From: Candidatus Hydrogenedentota bacterium
GTDB lineage: Bacteria; Hydrogenedentota; Hydrogenedentia; Hydrogenedentales; SLHB01
Length of the DNA: 64,000 nucleotides
Direction: 5' to 3'
Assembly (NCBI GenBank): GCA_963668025.2
Contig: CAXXTH010000017.1
Location: 1,408,001-1,472,000 of the forward strand
A program made the position numbers and the translations under genes. This document shows, one piece after another, positions 27,891 to 39,536 of this stretch. The notes under the pieces were generated by a model, which saw nothing but the letters and a program-made list of their open reading frames with translations, ran no database searches and was not told the origin of the DNA. Within the stretch, counting starts at the first letter, position 1; every line of letters starts with the position of its first letter.

Positions 27891-28999
27891 ATGGGCTTCA
27901 AGCGGGCAACCGCAGCGGAACGGGAACCTATACGGCCGCCTTGGCCCGATGGCTACCGGAAGTGGCGCACGAGCTGGAAATTCGGATTTTATGGCCTGCT
28001 CAAGCGGCTGCGCCGCCTGGCTGCGAGGAAGCCGTTTTTCTGCGCTGCGCCTTGCCTCGATTTGCGGGACGCGTGATGGCGAGCCAGTTTGGCGTGCAAC
28101 GGATGGCGAAGAAGCTGGGGGCCAGCTTAATTCACTATCCAGCTACAATCGGGGGGCTGCTGCCTCGACAGACTCCATCCATCATAACCGTGCATGATCT
28201 CAGTTTTTACCATCATCCGGAGTGGTTCCGCTTCGAACGCGCCTGGTATTATCGGGTTGCAACGGCTTCCAGCACGCGCCATGCGGCGCGCTTGATTGCC
28301 GATTCGGAAGCCACCGCCCAGGATATCGAACGTTTTCTGGGAATTTCCAGAGAGCGGATAGATGTCATTCATTTGGCCCCACATGAAGAAATGGGCCGTC
28401 CGATGTCCACGGCGGCGGTGGAATCCGCACGAATAAAGTATCGATTACCCCAGCGTTTCTTCCTCTATCTTGGAACGCTCGAACCACGCAAGAATCTGAT
28501 TCGCCTGATTCACGCATACGCGGAGACAGCCGCAAAACATCCATTCGATTTGGTGCTTGCGGGCCGGGATGGGTGGAAACAAAAAGGCATTTATGCCGCC
28601 GCACGTGCTGTTCCATGCGCGCCCCGCATCCATTTCCCCGGTTATATAGAAAAAGAGGATGTTCCGGCATTATATGCGGCGTCGGGCGCTTTCGTGTATC
28701 CGAGCCTGTTCGAGGGATTTGGATTGCCAGTAGCGGATGCGCTGGCGGCTGGGCTGCCCGTGATCACCGCCCGTTCTTCTTCGTTGCCCGAGGTTGCCGG
28801 TAACGCCGCCTTATATGTGGAGCCGGAAGATCCCCATGGCCTTGCGGATGCGCTAGAACAGCTCGCGAATGATGAGGAACTGCGTACGGAGTTAGCCGCC
28901 CGGGGCCGGGCCTGGTCCGCCCAATTCTCGTGGCGGCATACTGCCGAGAAAACCATTCAAGCCTATCGCCAAACCATTGCCGCTCACACGATAGGATGA
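27875..28999 (+). CDS. Glycosyltransferase family 4 (MtfB/WbpY-like)
   Basis: Motifs SGTGTY, GTLEPRKN and FEGFGLPVADAL. Overlaps the upstream GT4. Confidence 0.9.
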   Translation: MLVLVDGLQAGNRSGTGTYTAALARWLPEVAHELEIRILWPAQAAAPPGCEEAVFLRCALPRFAGRVMASQFGVQRMAKKLGASLIHYPATIGGLLPRQTPSIITVHDLSFYHHPEWFRFERAWYYRVATASSTRHAARLIADSEATAQDIERFLGISRERIDVIHLAPHEEMGRPMSTAAVESARIKYRLPQRFFLYLGTLEPRKNLIRLIHAYAETAAKHPFDLVLAGRDGWKQKGIYAAARAVPCAPRIHFPGYIEKEDVPALYAASGAFVYPSLFEGFGLPVADALAAGLPVITARSSSLPEVAGNAALYVEPEDPHGLADALEQLANDEELRTELAARGRAWSAQFSWRHTAEKTIQAYRQTIAAHTIG

Positions 29000-29095
29000 A
29001 TACTTCACAGGAAAGGCGCTACCTTCTGCATAAAAGACAAACGCCCAATGGCTTAAGCCAATGGGCGCCCGCTTAATACTTGTATAACGCTTGTG

Positions 29096-29497
29096 TTAGA
29101 AATTAGTCAGTACATCAACGATTTGGCATGAGCCGGACGTTGTGGATGTGGAAAGCACCCAACGCAGGTTCTGCAACAGATCCACGTTGAATTCATAAAC
29201 TTCCACACCCGTGTACCCTGCACCACATGGGGGCGTGGTGAAGACGGCGCGCAGGTCATACGTGCCTTTCGGGATGCCGGTGACGGTGTAGCAGTTTCCT
29301 GCCACAAGATCGGCGCTTAGCTGGTTGCGGCCCCATCCGGTTTCGCTATCCTGCGAGATATACACCGCCGAAAGCGATGATCCCGTAAGATTGTCCACTC
29401 GGAAAGACACTGTGCCTAGCGCTGGGCAGCCAACCATTGCGCCCACTGCCAAGCCTACCAGCACGAGTAGGGGTACTGTTTTCTTGTATCCTGCCAT
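29096..29497 (-). CDS. Small lipoprotein with an Ig/carboxypeptidase-regulatory-like fold
   Basis: Lipobox MVGCP, segment VDNLTGSSLSAVYIS...WGRNQL...GTYDLRA, SD GGAGG. Confidence 0.7.
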   Translation of the reverse strand: MAGYKKTVPLLVLVGLAVGAMVGCPALGTVSFRVDNLTGSSLSAVYISQDSETGWGRNQLSADLVAGNCYTVTGIPKGTYDLRAVFTTPPCGAGYTGVEVYEFNVDLLQNLRWVLSTSTTSGSCQIVDVLTNF

Positions 29498-29980
29498 GAC
29501 GTTTCCCTTCCTCCGTTAAACCTTGTAGTACTAACTCAGGTCCATTCTGCCATTATTCCCTTAGAATTGCAAGCCTGCCTTTTTAAAGACACCTTGGCCC
29601 GCGCATTCTGGGCTGTTCTTGAACGAACTATAACACATGAACAAGGAAAAGATCCACCCTTTTTTTATAAGAATTGCATGTTATTTTCTAGGAATAATGG
29701 AGTTTTTAAGCCGCATACCTAGCATATCACATATTCCCCCGGCTTCTCCATGCTAGCTTGCCCCTCTTTGATACGACACAATTCATTTTGAGAGCTCTTC
29801 TCATCATGAATTGCGGCATATGTGGAGTGCAAAAAAACCGGAAACATCCCGGACATGCCGTATGCAATCCGGCCCTATCCGCCTATATCGCACTGGCGGG
29901 GATTTTCCGCTATAATAAACGCTTCCATGCCTTGGGCCAATGCAAACTTCGAGGCGGCGCTTTCGATTGGGGCATTTCGA

Positions 29981-31141
29981 GTGACACGTATAACGAGATA
30001 TATATTGCGCGAGATATCCGTGCCCTGCGCCTTGGCGATGGTGGTGCTCGGATTCATGGGCATAGCGAACGAACTGCGCGAGCGCGCGGGCGATTTCGAT
30101 ATGGGCCATATTAATATCCTGGATTTCGCCCGCTTATCCGTCTGGTTTTTTCCAACGTTATTGCAATACTTGGTGCCCGCGATGTATATGCTCGGCGTCA
30201 TGCTGGCGTTTGGCCGCCTGGCGCAAAATAGTGAAATCACCGCCATGAAAGCCGCGGGCATTCCCCTCAAACGCCTAGTGATCCCCGTGATTTTGGGAGG
30301 CGCTCTCTTGAGCGCCATTTCCTTTGTGGCACAAGACCGCATCCAGCCCATGGCGTTGCGGAATATCAACTCCCTTATATATTCAGAATTGCCAAAGCGG
30401 GTGACGATGGATGTAATGACTCCCGGCGTCATGTATGCCTTCGGCAATTGGCGGGTGTATATCGGCGGGCGCGACCGCGCTTCAAATTCATTAAAGGATG
30501 TGGATATTTTACAGACGCAAGACAACGGCGAAGTGTGGCTGTACCACGCGAATTCGGCCCAATTCATTCGGGAAGGCGGGCGCGGGCGGCTCCATATCCC
30601 GAGCGGCTATCTCATCATGCCGGGACAGCACGGCCGTGGCTCCATCACCGATTGGAATTTGTATCCGCCCGAGCCCAAGGAACAAACGCTTCCCAGCACT
30701 CGCCGTCTTCTCACTTTCCAGCAACTCCTGCGCGAGGATCAACAAACGCAAGCCCGTATTCTGAAAGATGGAGGCCTGGATTCCATGCGCGGCCTATATA
30801 CGCCCATCTCGAAACTGGAGATCCCCGAAAACGTTTCGATCAATGATGTGGGAACGCTCTATAAAATCCGCAACGAATTGCGCGACCGCCTTGCGTTTCC
30901 CCTCGCCTGTGTCGCCGTGAGCCTCGTGGCGGCTCCGCTGGCCGTGCGGGGCGGGCGGGGCGGGCGCTCGTTCAGTTTCGCCATCGGCTTCGGCGTATGC
31001 GTGCTGTACTATTTCTTGCACCGGCTCTCGCAGCCCTGGGGGCTATGCTCGCTTGAAGAAGCAATGCTCCGTGGCGCTCTTCCTTGCCTGATTCTCGGGA
31101 TCTTTGGCCTTTGGGCGGTATGGCGGGTGGACAACGTATGA
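29981..31141 (+). CDS. lptF: LPS export permease LptF (YjgP/Q family)
   Basis: Motifs RYILREI and FGRLAQNSEITAMKAAGIPL, six-TM pattern, GTG start. Confidence 0.85.
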   Translation: MTRITRYILREISVPCALAMVVLGFMGIANELRERAGDFDMGHINILDFARLSVWFFPTLLQYLVPAMYMLGVMLAFGRLAQNSEITAMKAAGIPLKRLVIPVILGGALLSAISFVAQDRIQPMALRNINSLIYSELPKRVTMDVMTPGVMYAFGNWRVYIGGRDRASNSLKDVDILQTQDNGEVWLYHANSAQFIREGGRGRLHIPSGYLIMPGQHGRGSITDWNLYPPEPKEQTLPSTRRLLTFQQLLREDQQTQARILKDGGLDSMRGLYTPISKLEIPENVSINDVGTLYKIRNELRDRLAFPLACVAVSLVAAPLAVRGGRGGRSFSFAIGFGVCVLYYFLHRLSQPWGLCSLEEAMLRGALPCLILGIFGLWAVWRVDNV

Positions 31142-32238
31142 TCATGACGACCATGGACCGGTATTTGTCTGTGCGCCTGCTGGCCACCCTGGCAAAGTCG
31201 CTGCTGGCGCTGGCGGTCTTTTATATACTGATTGACCTCCTCGCCCACCGGAGCGCCGCCATCGAGCGGAACGACGTTCCCTGGGCGGTGGTTATGCGGT
31301 ATTACCTTGCATCGACGCCACGGATTATCACCGACTACGCCGCACCGTTCGCCATGCTCGTGTCGGCGCTGCTCGTGCTGGGCGATACGGCGCAGAATAA
31401 TGAGAGCACCGCTGCTCTCGCTTGCGGCGTCAGCTTGCGCCGTTTCGTACGCATGCCTATTTGTTTAGCCTTGCTATTCGCCGTGGGGCTGTTCGCCACG
31501 CAAGAAACCATAGGCGTCGCCGCCGCCCGTACGGCCGTGAATATCGAACAGGACTATTTCGCCAGCGGCGGCGATCTCGAGCGCAAGCCCGTGAGCTGGG
31601 CCAGCCTCTCCGGCAAATGGACCTGCCATATCTTGAAGTTCAACCAGGCCGCCCTATCCGGCGAAGGCGTTCTGCTCTATTCCATCCAGCCGGAAATACA
31701 CATCCAAGTCGAGGCGGAACGCATCTTCTGGGACGCGCAACGCGGCGAATGGCTGCTCGAACGGGGGCACTGGCGCGAATTCGACCCTAAAACGGGCGAT
31801 TCGCTGCTTCCCTACGCCCAAACGCGCATTACCCAGCGCCCCGCTCCATTCACGGAAACGCCTGAAGAACTGTTCGCCTTGGAACAGCCACCCGAGACGC
31901 TTGCCGCAGGCGAACTAAAAACCAGCATCGCCCGCGCCGCAGCGCGCAACATGCCCATCGGCAAATATCTGATGCGATATTACACAAAATACAGCCAGCC
32001 CGCCTTGAGCTTCGTCATGATCTGGCTGGCCATTCCCTTTGCGATGCGCCTGCGTCGGGGCGGGCTTGCCATCAGCTTCGGCGCGAGCATCGCCGTGGCC
32101 GTAGCATATGTCGTCGCCTATTTTACGAGCGTGGGCCTTGGCCAAATGGGGCGGCTAGACCCCTTCATGGCGGCCTGGCTGCCCAATATTTTATTCTTCA
32201 GCGGCGGCGTTTATCTGTTGTGGCGCACGCCTACGTGA
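31138..32238 (+). CDS. lptG: LPS export permease LptG (YjgP/Q family)
   Basis: Motifs MDRYL, NNESTAALACGVSL and AAWLPNILF. ATGA overlap with lptF. Confidence 0.85.
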   Translation: MIMTTMDRYLSVRLLATLAKSLLALAVFYILIDLLAHRSAAIERNDVPWAVVMRYYLASTPRIITDYAAPFAMLVSALLVLGDTAQNNESTAALACGVSLRRFVRMPICLALLFAVGLFATQETIGVAAARTAVNIEQDYFASGGDLERKPVSWASLSGKWTCHILKFNQAALSGEGVLLYSIQPEIHIQVEAERIFWDAQRGEWLLERGHWREFDPKTGDSLLPYAQTRITQRPAPFTETPEELFALEQPPETLAAGELKTSIARAAARNMPIGKYLMRYYTKYSQPALSFVMIWLAIPFAMRLRRGGLAISFGASIAVAVAYVVAYFTSVGLGQMGRLDPFMAAWLPNILFFSGGVYLLWRTPT

Positions 32239-32250
32239 CAAGGATGCAAG

Positions 32251-32982
32251 ATGCGGATACACGTGATTGAAGGCGCGCCCGGCTGCGCCTATGCCGTTAA
32301 ACACGGCTGCACGGCGGTTATCGTGGACGCCATGCGCGCAAGCGCCACCGCCGCGTTTCTGCTCGAATGCGGCGCGGCGGATTTGCTCATCGTACGGGAA
32401 GTCGAAGAAGCTCTCGCAGCGAAAACCGAACAGCCCGATGCCCTCGTGTATGGCGAGCGGGGCGGGCTTCCCCCCGAAGGATTCGATTTCGGAAACAGCC
32501 CGCGCGAGGCGGAAGCGGCCCGGGACCGGCGGGTCATCTTCAGCACCACCACGGGCGCGGGACGTCTTGTGGCGGCCTGGGGTGCGAAGGCGGCTTTCAT
32601 GGGCTCGACGGTCAACGCTTCATCCGTTGCGGCGGTTATCGCGCGATATGAAGCGGACGCCGTGCTTATTCCCGCGGGCCTCGCTACGGACGACACCTTT
32701 TTCGCCCAGGAAGACTGGGCCGCCGCCACGGCCATCGCAATGAAACTCGCCGCGCAAGGCGCCGTCCTGGGAGAAGGCGCGGAGGACTTCGCCTATTGGC
32801 GCGAACGCATCATCGAGGAAGGGCTGCCCCGCCTGTTCGATACAGCCCCCCATGCGGATAAACTGCGTAAGGTGGGCCTCACGGAAGACATCGCTTTCAG
32901 CGCCCAGATGGATATTTGCCGCGCCGTGCCCATTGCCGTCGAGAGAACGAAATATGGGGTGCGCTGCGCGCGGGCCTCATGA
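32251..32982 (+). CDS. comB: 2-phosphosulfolactate phosphatase family protein
   Basis: Motifs VDAMRASAT, GERGG..PEGFDFGNSP and ED. Confidence 0.85.
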   Translation: MRIHVIEGAPGCAYAVKHGCTAVIVDAMRASATAAFLLECGAADLLIVREVEEALAAKTEQPDALVYGERGGLPPEGFDFGNSPREAEAARDRRVIFSTTTGAGRLVAAWGAKAAFMGSTVNASSVAAVIARYEADAVLIPAGLATDDTFFAQEDWAAATAIAMKLAAQGAVLGEGAEDFAYWRERIIEEGLPRLFDTAPHADKLRKVGLTEDIAFSAQMDICRAVPIAVERTKYGVRCARAS

Positions 32983-33085
32983 ACATATCCGGCGGCTGTG
33001 GCGGGTATTTCATTCCCTCGCCGGCGGATGGGCATGCCCTTGGCTTTGCCGCCATTCCTCTGGGTATCGCCCAATGCGTTTCGTC

Positions 33086-35785
33086 TTATAACCGTTCAAA
33101 ATGCAGCACGCGCGAAGCCCAGAGATCCAGTTTTTTAAGTAATTGCTTGTAATCGATAGGCTTGCTTAAATAATCATTCATGCCCATGGCAAGGCACTGT
33201 TCATGATCGCCCTGCATGGCATATGCGGTTAAAGCGACAATGGGTATATGTGACCGTTCGTCTGGCAAGTTTCGGATTGCCCGGGTCGCCTCGAAACCGT
33301 CCATTACCGGCATCTGGCAGTCCATCAGCACGAGGTCATATTTGCCCGTACGCACTTCCTCCACCGCTTTCGCTCCGTCCGAGGCCCATCTCACGGAACA
33401 CCCGGCTTTCCGCAACATGGCAAGCGCGACTTCACTGTTTATTTGATTGTCTTCCACGAGAAGCACTCGAAGGCCGTACCGATGATCATCCGGCAGGTTA
33501 TATATAGACGCCAAATCTTCTTCTGAACTCGATGACAATGCGTCTTCTGTTTTTTCGCTGAACGCAGCGGAAATGGCGCGCAGGAGATCAGATTGCTTAA
33601 CAGGCTTCGTCAAAAAACCGAAGAATCCTTCCTCTGTTTCGGGAGAAGCGTTGGTTTTGTATTCCATTGAAGTAAGCAAGATTAACACCGCTTCGCCCAG
33701 GCTGGCATCCTCTTTTATGGCCAGTCCCAGTTCTACCCCATTCGTCTCGGGCATGTCTGCATCAATTAACACCAGGTCATATGGCGCTCCCGCTGCAGCG
33801 TTTTCGCGCATCACTTGCAGCGCTTCTCCGGCATCCCGCGCGGTTCTCGTGGAACACAACAGCGGTTTGAGCAGATCCTGAATGCTCTCCCGGCTGGCCT
33901 CGTTGTCATCCACGATAAGCACTTTTTTATCCGGCAAACAACGCTGGGCGGGCAGCTCCTGCCCGGCTCCGGCGGGCTGCTTTTCAAACGGCAGCACCAA
34001 CCAGAATGTAGAGCCGATTCCTTCGATGCTTTCCACCCCAATTTCACCGCCCATGAGCTCCACCAACTGCTTGGAGATGGCTAACCCTAATCCCGTTCCG
34101 CCATACCGGCGTGTCATGGAGCCGTCAGCCTGAATAAATGATTGAAAAAGACGGCCTATAGCCGATTCCGGTATCCCGATCCCGGTATCCATCACCACAA
34201 TGCGCAGCCTTGCCCAGTGTTCACTTTCCGCTTCCAATAGGATCCTCAGCACGATCTCGCCTGTTTCCGTGAATTTGACCGCATTGGTGCATATATTGGT
34301 TAATACTTGGCGCAGCCGCCCCGGATCACCTACCAGCATGCGGGGCACGTTGGACGGCATGTGGACGATGAACTCCAGATTTTTCTGGTGGGCTCTTAAG
34401 GCGACAAGATCGGACAACTGCTCCACGACGGCTTGCAGATTGAATGTAATCAGTTCTAATTCCAGCTTTCCTGCTTCTATCTTCGAGAAATCTAGAATAT
34501 CATTGATGACTTGTATCAAAGACTCCGTGGATATCTGCATGGCTTCGCAATACCGGCGCTGTTGTGTATCCAAACGCGTTTCCAAGAGCATCTGAACCAT
34601 GCCGAATACGCCATTCATCGGGGTGCGGATCTCGTGGCTCATATTGGCGAGAAACTCACTCTTCGCCTTACTGGCAAGCTCCGCCGCCTCTTTCGCCTGG
34701 GCCAATAGTGCATTGCGCGACTCGATATCATGGCGGGCTTCGGCCAACTGCCCAAGCATATGGTTGAACTCTTGCCCCAGCGCCGACATCTCATCGTTGC
34801 CCGGGACATCGATGCGTTGATCCAGCACATCGTCCGCATGCATGCGTTCGATAAAGTCGCGCAGTTTGCTCACGGGAGCCAGGACGAAACGCCGCATAAA
34901 GAGCAGATTGATGAATAAGGTGGCTATAAACGCCACAAACATACTCAATAACAATACAATGACAGTATGGACCCCTTGATGATAAAAGGAACGGGTCAGA
35001 ATGACTCGGGCCAAGAGCATGTCGCGTCCGTCAAAATCTGGGAGAGTAAAATATCCCGTAAGGGTATTATAATCATGCGAGAGCAATCCATATTGGCGTG
35101 AACGATCAGGCAAGTCTAGATAGGCCTGCGCATCGGCGGGGATATTAGGACGGTCCAGCCGGATAAACTCGACATCTATCTTTTGTTCGGACTCGATCTC
35201 TTTATCAAAAGAATCATTTACGTAGCGCCCCACTACTACTAAGCCCGGGCTGTTGCCGCTTCCATCACTAAGGGTGACTGCTTGGGCAGCAATCATCAAT
35301 GGGCATGAATCCAAAGGGATGAGGCCGCTGGATGGGCCTCCGGAAATGATGGCTTCAATCTTGTTTTTGTGTTCTCTGATGTATTGCACGAATTCGTCTG
35401 GGAGAGGAACCACCTCTTTCTCGTCTGTGTCATATGCGATGGAGCCTATGATTTCTCCTTGCAGGTTCACCAAGGCAAAGATATTCAGGCTAAAAAAAGA
35501 GACTACCTCCGTGGTCAGATTCTCGCTGTTGTATTCTTCGACATGTTTACCGAAAAAATAGTCATACGTATCCGTCCATTGGGCATAATCACCCACCATA
35601 GCAAACAAGCGTTCCGTGTATTCTTTTACGTCATGTTCTGCACGCAGGACATCTTTTTCCACATAGGCATATTCCAGTTGTTCGATTTTGGACAGAAGAA
35701 TCGTGTTCACCAGTACGCAGACTACGGCGCCCAATACTAAAAACAAAAATAACTGGACTGCCAGCATTTTTCCACGAAGGGACAC
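33086..35785 (-). CDS. Hybrid sensor histidine kinase (CHASE4-HAMP-HisKA-HATPase-REC-REC)
   Basis: CHASE4 motif [31 protein letters not shown], and two receiver domains. Confidence 0.93.
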   Translation of the reverse strand: MSLRGKMLAVQLFLFLVLGAVVCVLVNTILLSKIEQLEYAYVEKDVLRAEHDVKEYTERLFAMVGDYAQWTDTYDYFFGKHVEEYNSENLTTEVVSFFSLNIFALVNLQGEIIGSIAYDTDEKEVVPLPDEFVQYIREHKNKIEAIISGGPSSGLIPLDSCPLMIAAQAVTLSDGSGNSPGLVVVGRYVNDSFDKEIESEQKIDVEFIRLDRPNIPADAQAYLDLPDRSRQYGLLSHDYNTLTGYFTLPDFDGRDMLLARVILTRSFYHQGVHTVIVLLLSMFVAFIATLFINLLFMRRFVLAPVSKLRDFIERMHADDVLDQRIDVPGNDEMSALGQEFNHMLGQLAEARHDIESRNALLAQAKEAAELASKAKSEFLANMSHEIRTPMNGVFGMVQMLLETRLDTQQRRYCEAMQISTESLIQVINDILDFSKIEAGKLELELITFNLQAVVEQLSDLVALRAHQKNLEFIVHMPSNVPRMLVGDPGRLRQVLTNICTNAVKFTETGEIVLRILLEAESEHWARLRIVVMDTGIGIPESAIGRLFQSFIQADGSMTRRYGGTGLGLAISKQLVELMGGEIGVESIEGIGSTFWLVLPFEKQPAGAGQELPAQRCLPDKKVLIVDDNEASRESIQDLLKPLLCSTRTARDAGEALQVMRENAAAGAPYDLVLIDADMPETNGVELGLAIKEDASLGEAVLILLTSMEYKTNASPETEEGFFGFLTKPVKQSDLLRAISAAFSEKTEDALSSSSEEDLASIYNLPDDHRYGLRVLLVEDNQINSEVALAMLRKAGCSVRWASDGAKAVEEVRTGKYDLVLMDCQMPVMDGFEATRAIRNLPDERSHIPIVALTAYAMQGDHEQCLAMGMNDYLSKPIDYKQLLKKLDLWASRVLHFERL

Positions 35786-36426
35786 GGCAACACTCTCCCT
35801 CTCTCATGTCAATGGGTGCAAAATTACTATAGCCTCTCCCCTTCCCACAATAGGCTGCACTGCCTTTGAACGTGAAAGATTGTTCTCTCTAAAATTTTTC
35901 TCCGCTTTGGAACATCCCGGTCCACATGGCGCATTCTTTAGTGAATGATTAAGCCCAATCAAATGAGTACGATTTGATTGCGTCTGCTTTACCTGGATGT
36001 GCAAAGGTCTTTGCGCGCCCGAAACCCAAAGCCCTTATTAATCTACATTTTATTTTAGCACATATCTGACGAAAACGAGTTTCACATTCTCTCTACTTTC
36101 TATAATTTTAGGTATTTTTCATTATCCTGTCAAATAACATTATTCGCCCTTAGCCTGCTCATATAGCGTGGAATACGAACAAACCAGTGAAGCGCGGTTG
36201 TGAAAATCCTGCGATGTGTTTTTTCATCCGGGAATGCATGGGCGGGATTCCCATGTTGGAGGCGGCTTGAAAGAAAAGTACAAATCCGGCCGATGTTTTT
36301 TCCCTGGCGGTTTTGGAACTTCAACTTTCTTGCCGTGTTCTATAGGGCAATGATAGTATGCTCGATACGTTCTGCGTTTAGGTGTTCCGTGCCGCAAGGG
36401 CGCTTGCGTACGATATGGAGAGGCTC

Positions 36427-37665
36427 ATGGACAAGCCGGTAATCGCGTATCTTGCTAGTGAGTATCCTGCATTGTCCCATACCTTCATTTTTCGTGAAGT
36501 GCAAGCATTGCGGGAACGGGGCTTCTCCATCGCCACTGCATCGATTAATCCACCGAAGGCTCTCGAACGCATGACAATCGCCGAACAGGATGAAGCCGCT
36601 TCCACGTTGGTGATCAAGAAGGCTTCCATGGGGCTGTTGCTGCGTTCTTTTACTTCGCTGGCGTTTCATAGGCCGGGAGGATTCGGGCGGATTTGCCGGA
36701 GAACCTTTTCGGCCCCCTTGCGCGAACGCGCCGGGTGGAGGATGGCCTTTTTTTATGGCGTGGAAGCGGTTGTGCTCGCGGCATGGATGCGGGAGCGGGG
36801 CATTGGCCATGTCCATGTCCATTTCGCCAATCCCGCGGCGACGGTAGCTTGGGTGGCCGCCGCCGATCCGGCGGTATCATACAGCCTGAGTGTTCATGGC
36901 CCGAATGTGTTTGATGATGTCCGTCTTTCGCTGTTGCCCGAGAAGTTGCAGGGGGCGCGCTTTGTGCGGTGCATCAGTCATTTTTGCCGCAGCCAGGTGT
37001 TGCGCTGGCTGCCGCCCGGGCAATGGGGCAAAACATCGATTGTCCGGTGTGGCGTTGATATGGAACGCTTCCAATTCCGCCCCATTCCAGAAAACGCGGT
37101 TCCTGAGATTCTGTGTGTCGGGCGGCTTGTCCCCGAGAAAGGCCAGCACGTGCTGGTATCCGCCTGCGCCCAGCTCAAAGCCGCACGGAAGCCATTTCAT
37201 CTCACCTTTGTGGGGGATGGGCCAGATCGAGCGAGCCTCGAACGCCAAGTGTCTGAATTAGGGCTTGGCGGCGAAATCACCTTTGCTGGCGCCGTGGGCC
37301 AGGATGCCGTGCATCCATTTTACAATCGAGCCGATATTTTCGCACTCGCCAGCTTCGCGGAAGGGCTGCCCGTCGTACTCATGGAAGCCATGGCGAAGGG
37401 CATTCCCTGCGTTTCGACGCGCATCGCGGCCATCCCTGAACTGATCGAGCACGAACGCACGGGTTTAGCAGTGGCTCCAGGAGATGAAACCGGCCTTGCG
37501 AATGCGTTGCAACGGCTGCTAGAAGAACCCGGTTTACGCCGCCAATTGGGTGCGGCAGGCCGCATGGCCGTGGCCGGGCAACACGACATTGCCCAATGCG
37601 GAAATGGGATGGAAGCCCTATTCATACGCTTTTGGGGAACTAAACCGGAGCATGTGGGTTGTTGA
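36427..37665 (+). CDS. Glycosyltransferase family 4 (WcaL-like)
   Basis: Motifs YPALSHTFIFRE, HVHFA, GRLVPEKG and EGLPVVLMEAM. SD GGAGAGG. Confidence 0.9.
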   Translation: MDKPVIAYLASEYPALSHTFIFREVQALRERGFSIATASINPPKALERMTIAEQDEAASTLVIKKASMGLLLRSFTSLAFHRPGGFGRICRRTFSAPLRERAGWRMAFFYGVEAVVLAAWMRERGIGHVHVHFANPAATVAWVAAADPAVSYSLSVHGPNVFDDVRLSLLPEKLQGARFVRCISHFCRSQVLRWLPPGQWGKTSIVRCGVDMERFQFRPIPENAVPEILCVGRLVPEKGQHVLVSACAQLKAARKPFHLTFVGDGPDRASLERQVSELGLGGEITFAGAVGQDAVHPFYNRADIFALASFAEGLPVVLMEAMAKGIPCVSTRIAAIPELIEHERTGLAVAPGDETGLANALQRLLEEPGLRRQLGAAGRMAVAGQHDIAQCGNGMEALFIRFWGTKPEHVGC

Positions 37666-37846
37666 TACCGATAGCGGCAAGGCTCCATAACTTTGTTTAG
37701 GGCTAAGCAATGGGGATGAAACGGGCTTGATGATCGCTAAAATCTGCCTGGCGCTGGCGCGCAAGCGCCGAGCATGGAGCCATCCCGGCAAATGATTTCA
37801 GAAAAAGTATTGATTTTGCGCCATTTAACCGCCACAATATAGGCAT

Positions 37847-38614
37847 GTGAACAATAAAGGCAACAGAGGGGTTGGTATTTTGGATTGGCTCCGGGAAGAA
37901 AGCCCTCAAGAGGCGCAAGAACGGCTGCACTTAGTGGCTCGATATGCCCAAGTGGGCCAGTGCGTCAGCAGCGTAGCGCATGATGTGAACAATTATCTGG
38001 GCGCTATTATGGCTTATGCCGAACTCATTGGCCTCGAGGAGAGCCTGGGCGCCGACACGCGGCGCATGCTGGATGAGATCATCGGCGCGGTGCGGAAAGC
38101 CAGCGGGCTTATGGGCAATTTGACGGATGTTGCCCGAAAAGACCGCAAAGATATCCGTATCGTGAATCCGGAGCAATTAATTGATCGCGCTCTGGATATC
38201 CGCCGGTATGACATCAAAGTCGGCGGCGTCTCCCTGGAGACCGATTACGAGCAGGGGCTCGGGGCTATCGCCATCGATCTCCCGCGAACGCAGCAAGCCA
38301 TCATGAGCCTTCTTTCCAACGCCATTGAAGCCATGGAAAATGAAAAGACACGAAAGATATGGGTGTCCGCCCGAACCTTTGACAATATGGTGGAGCTCAG
38401 CTTCCGGGATTCCGGGCAGCCTATATCCGAGTCGTTGCAAGACTCCATGTTTGAACCTTTCTTTACGACAAAGGGAGGGTTGCATCTAGGATTGGGTCTT
38501 CCGGCCGCCCGAGCCGTTGCCCAGCAACAACAAGGCACGCTTACGTATGAGCCTGAACGGGGATTCGTGTTTCGCCTTCCCGCAAAAAGCAAGCCCGGCA
38601 GTTTTACTCAATAA
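37847..38614 (+). CDS. Sensor-less histidine kinase (HisKA plus HATPase)
   Basis: H-box VAHDVNNYL, N-box NAIEA, and FEPFFTTK..GLGL. No input domain. Confidence 0.85.
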   Translation: MNNKGNRGVGILDWLREESPQEAQERLHLVARYAQVGQCVSSVAHDVNNYLGAIMAYAELIGLEESLGADTRRMLDEIIGAVRKASGLMGNLTDVARKDRKDIRIVNPEQLIDRALDIRRYDIKVGGVSLETDYEQGLGAIAIDLPRTQQAIMSLLSNAIEAMENEKTRKIWVSARTFDNMVELSFRDSGQPISESLQDSMFEPFFTTKGGLHLGLGLPAARAVAQQQQGTLTYEPERGFVFRLPAKSKPGSFTQ

Positions 38615-38925
38615 GTTCCCGGCCGCACATGGCGCTTGGGTAAAGCTTCACCATTAATCATCTTAGGGTGGAAGGGGATGCTTTTCCGCCTCCTCGAAAT
38701 GCGCTTCAGCGATTCCATCGCAATCCGGTAATCAACTGACAACTCTGCCGTATGCGCATTAATATCATTAACTGCGTGTTAATAATGCTTTTTGTGCGCG
38801 GTTTGTGCTCAATTTTCTCTGAAAAGTTGAGCGCCGAAACCTTCACTGCGGATGTAAAATGGCTCGAAGAGTTGAAGGCTGATACGTAAGTTATTTGAAT
38901 GGCTGGACTTACCTGGCAACGAGAA

Positions 38926-38973
38926 ATCGCATATTTTGTATTGACAGCCTTTAGATACCACTATATACTGTAG
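38926..38973 (+). promoter_or_regulatory. sigma70 promoter overlapped by tandem NrdR-box-like sites
   Basis: TTGACA (38941-46)-17 nt-TATACT (38964-69). ATCGCATATTTTGTAT and CCACTATATACTGTAG, 32 bp apart, resemble acaCwAtATaTwGtgt. Upstream of nrdD. Confidence 0.75.
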
Positions 38974-39536
38974 TTTGTCGGAGGTGGGGATGGCAAACAC
39001 TTCTAGCCGGGTGGATACATACAGGCTCGGAAGCGTGAGTTGGCCGTCATCAAGCCGTGAAAGTGTTTATGCGGAACGCTTTACGCGGCTTCGGAACCGA
39101 TCTTGGGGGGAACGGAGTGGGCAAACAGCGGTTTGCCCCATCGTTCCTAGCGGTTTTGACCGGCGATGAGCAGGTGAATGGCGTAGTTGGCGTGGGGCCA
39201 GAAACCGGAAAAAGGTGCGAATAGGGCTGCGATACCGTTGAGGTAGCGTTATGCCTAAGATGCGCCAGCGTGGGTGGGTTCCATCCCATGGGGATGAACG
39301 GAATCTGGCCGTGTTGCGGAAGGCTGCACTAGGCGTTTCTTCGAAGCAACTCTTCAAGCAAATCCACTTTTGTCCATTTTCACCGTTTTTGTGTGAGAAA
39401 AAATTGTATTCGGGATGGCTTCGCGCGCCCTCTATTGCCAGAGTGATGCGAAGATGGATTTTTAACGCGTAGGGGGGGAGGGGCGGCTATCCAGCGGCTA
39501 GGGCGGGGCCGGTGGGTGCTGCGCGGAAGGAGAATT

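Noticed and set aside
38807-38850. Glycine-riboswitch-like fragment
   Set aside because: Only a simple hairpin (GCTCAATTTTC/GAAAAGTTGAGC). The conserved elements are missing or out of order.
38976-39400. Cobalamin riboswitch upstream of nrdD
   Set aside because: I could not find the GGGAA..GGTG..AA.TCC..CCC.C.ACTGT core or the B12 box.
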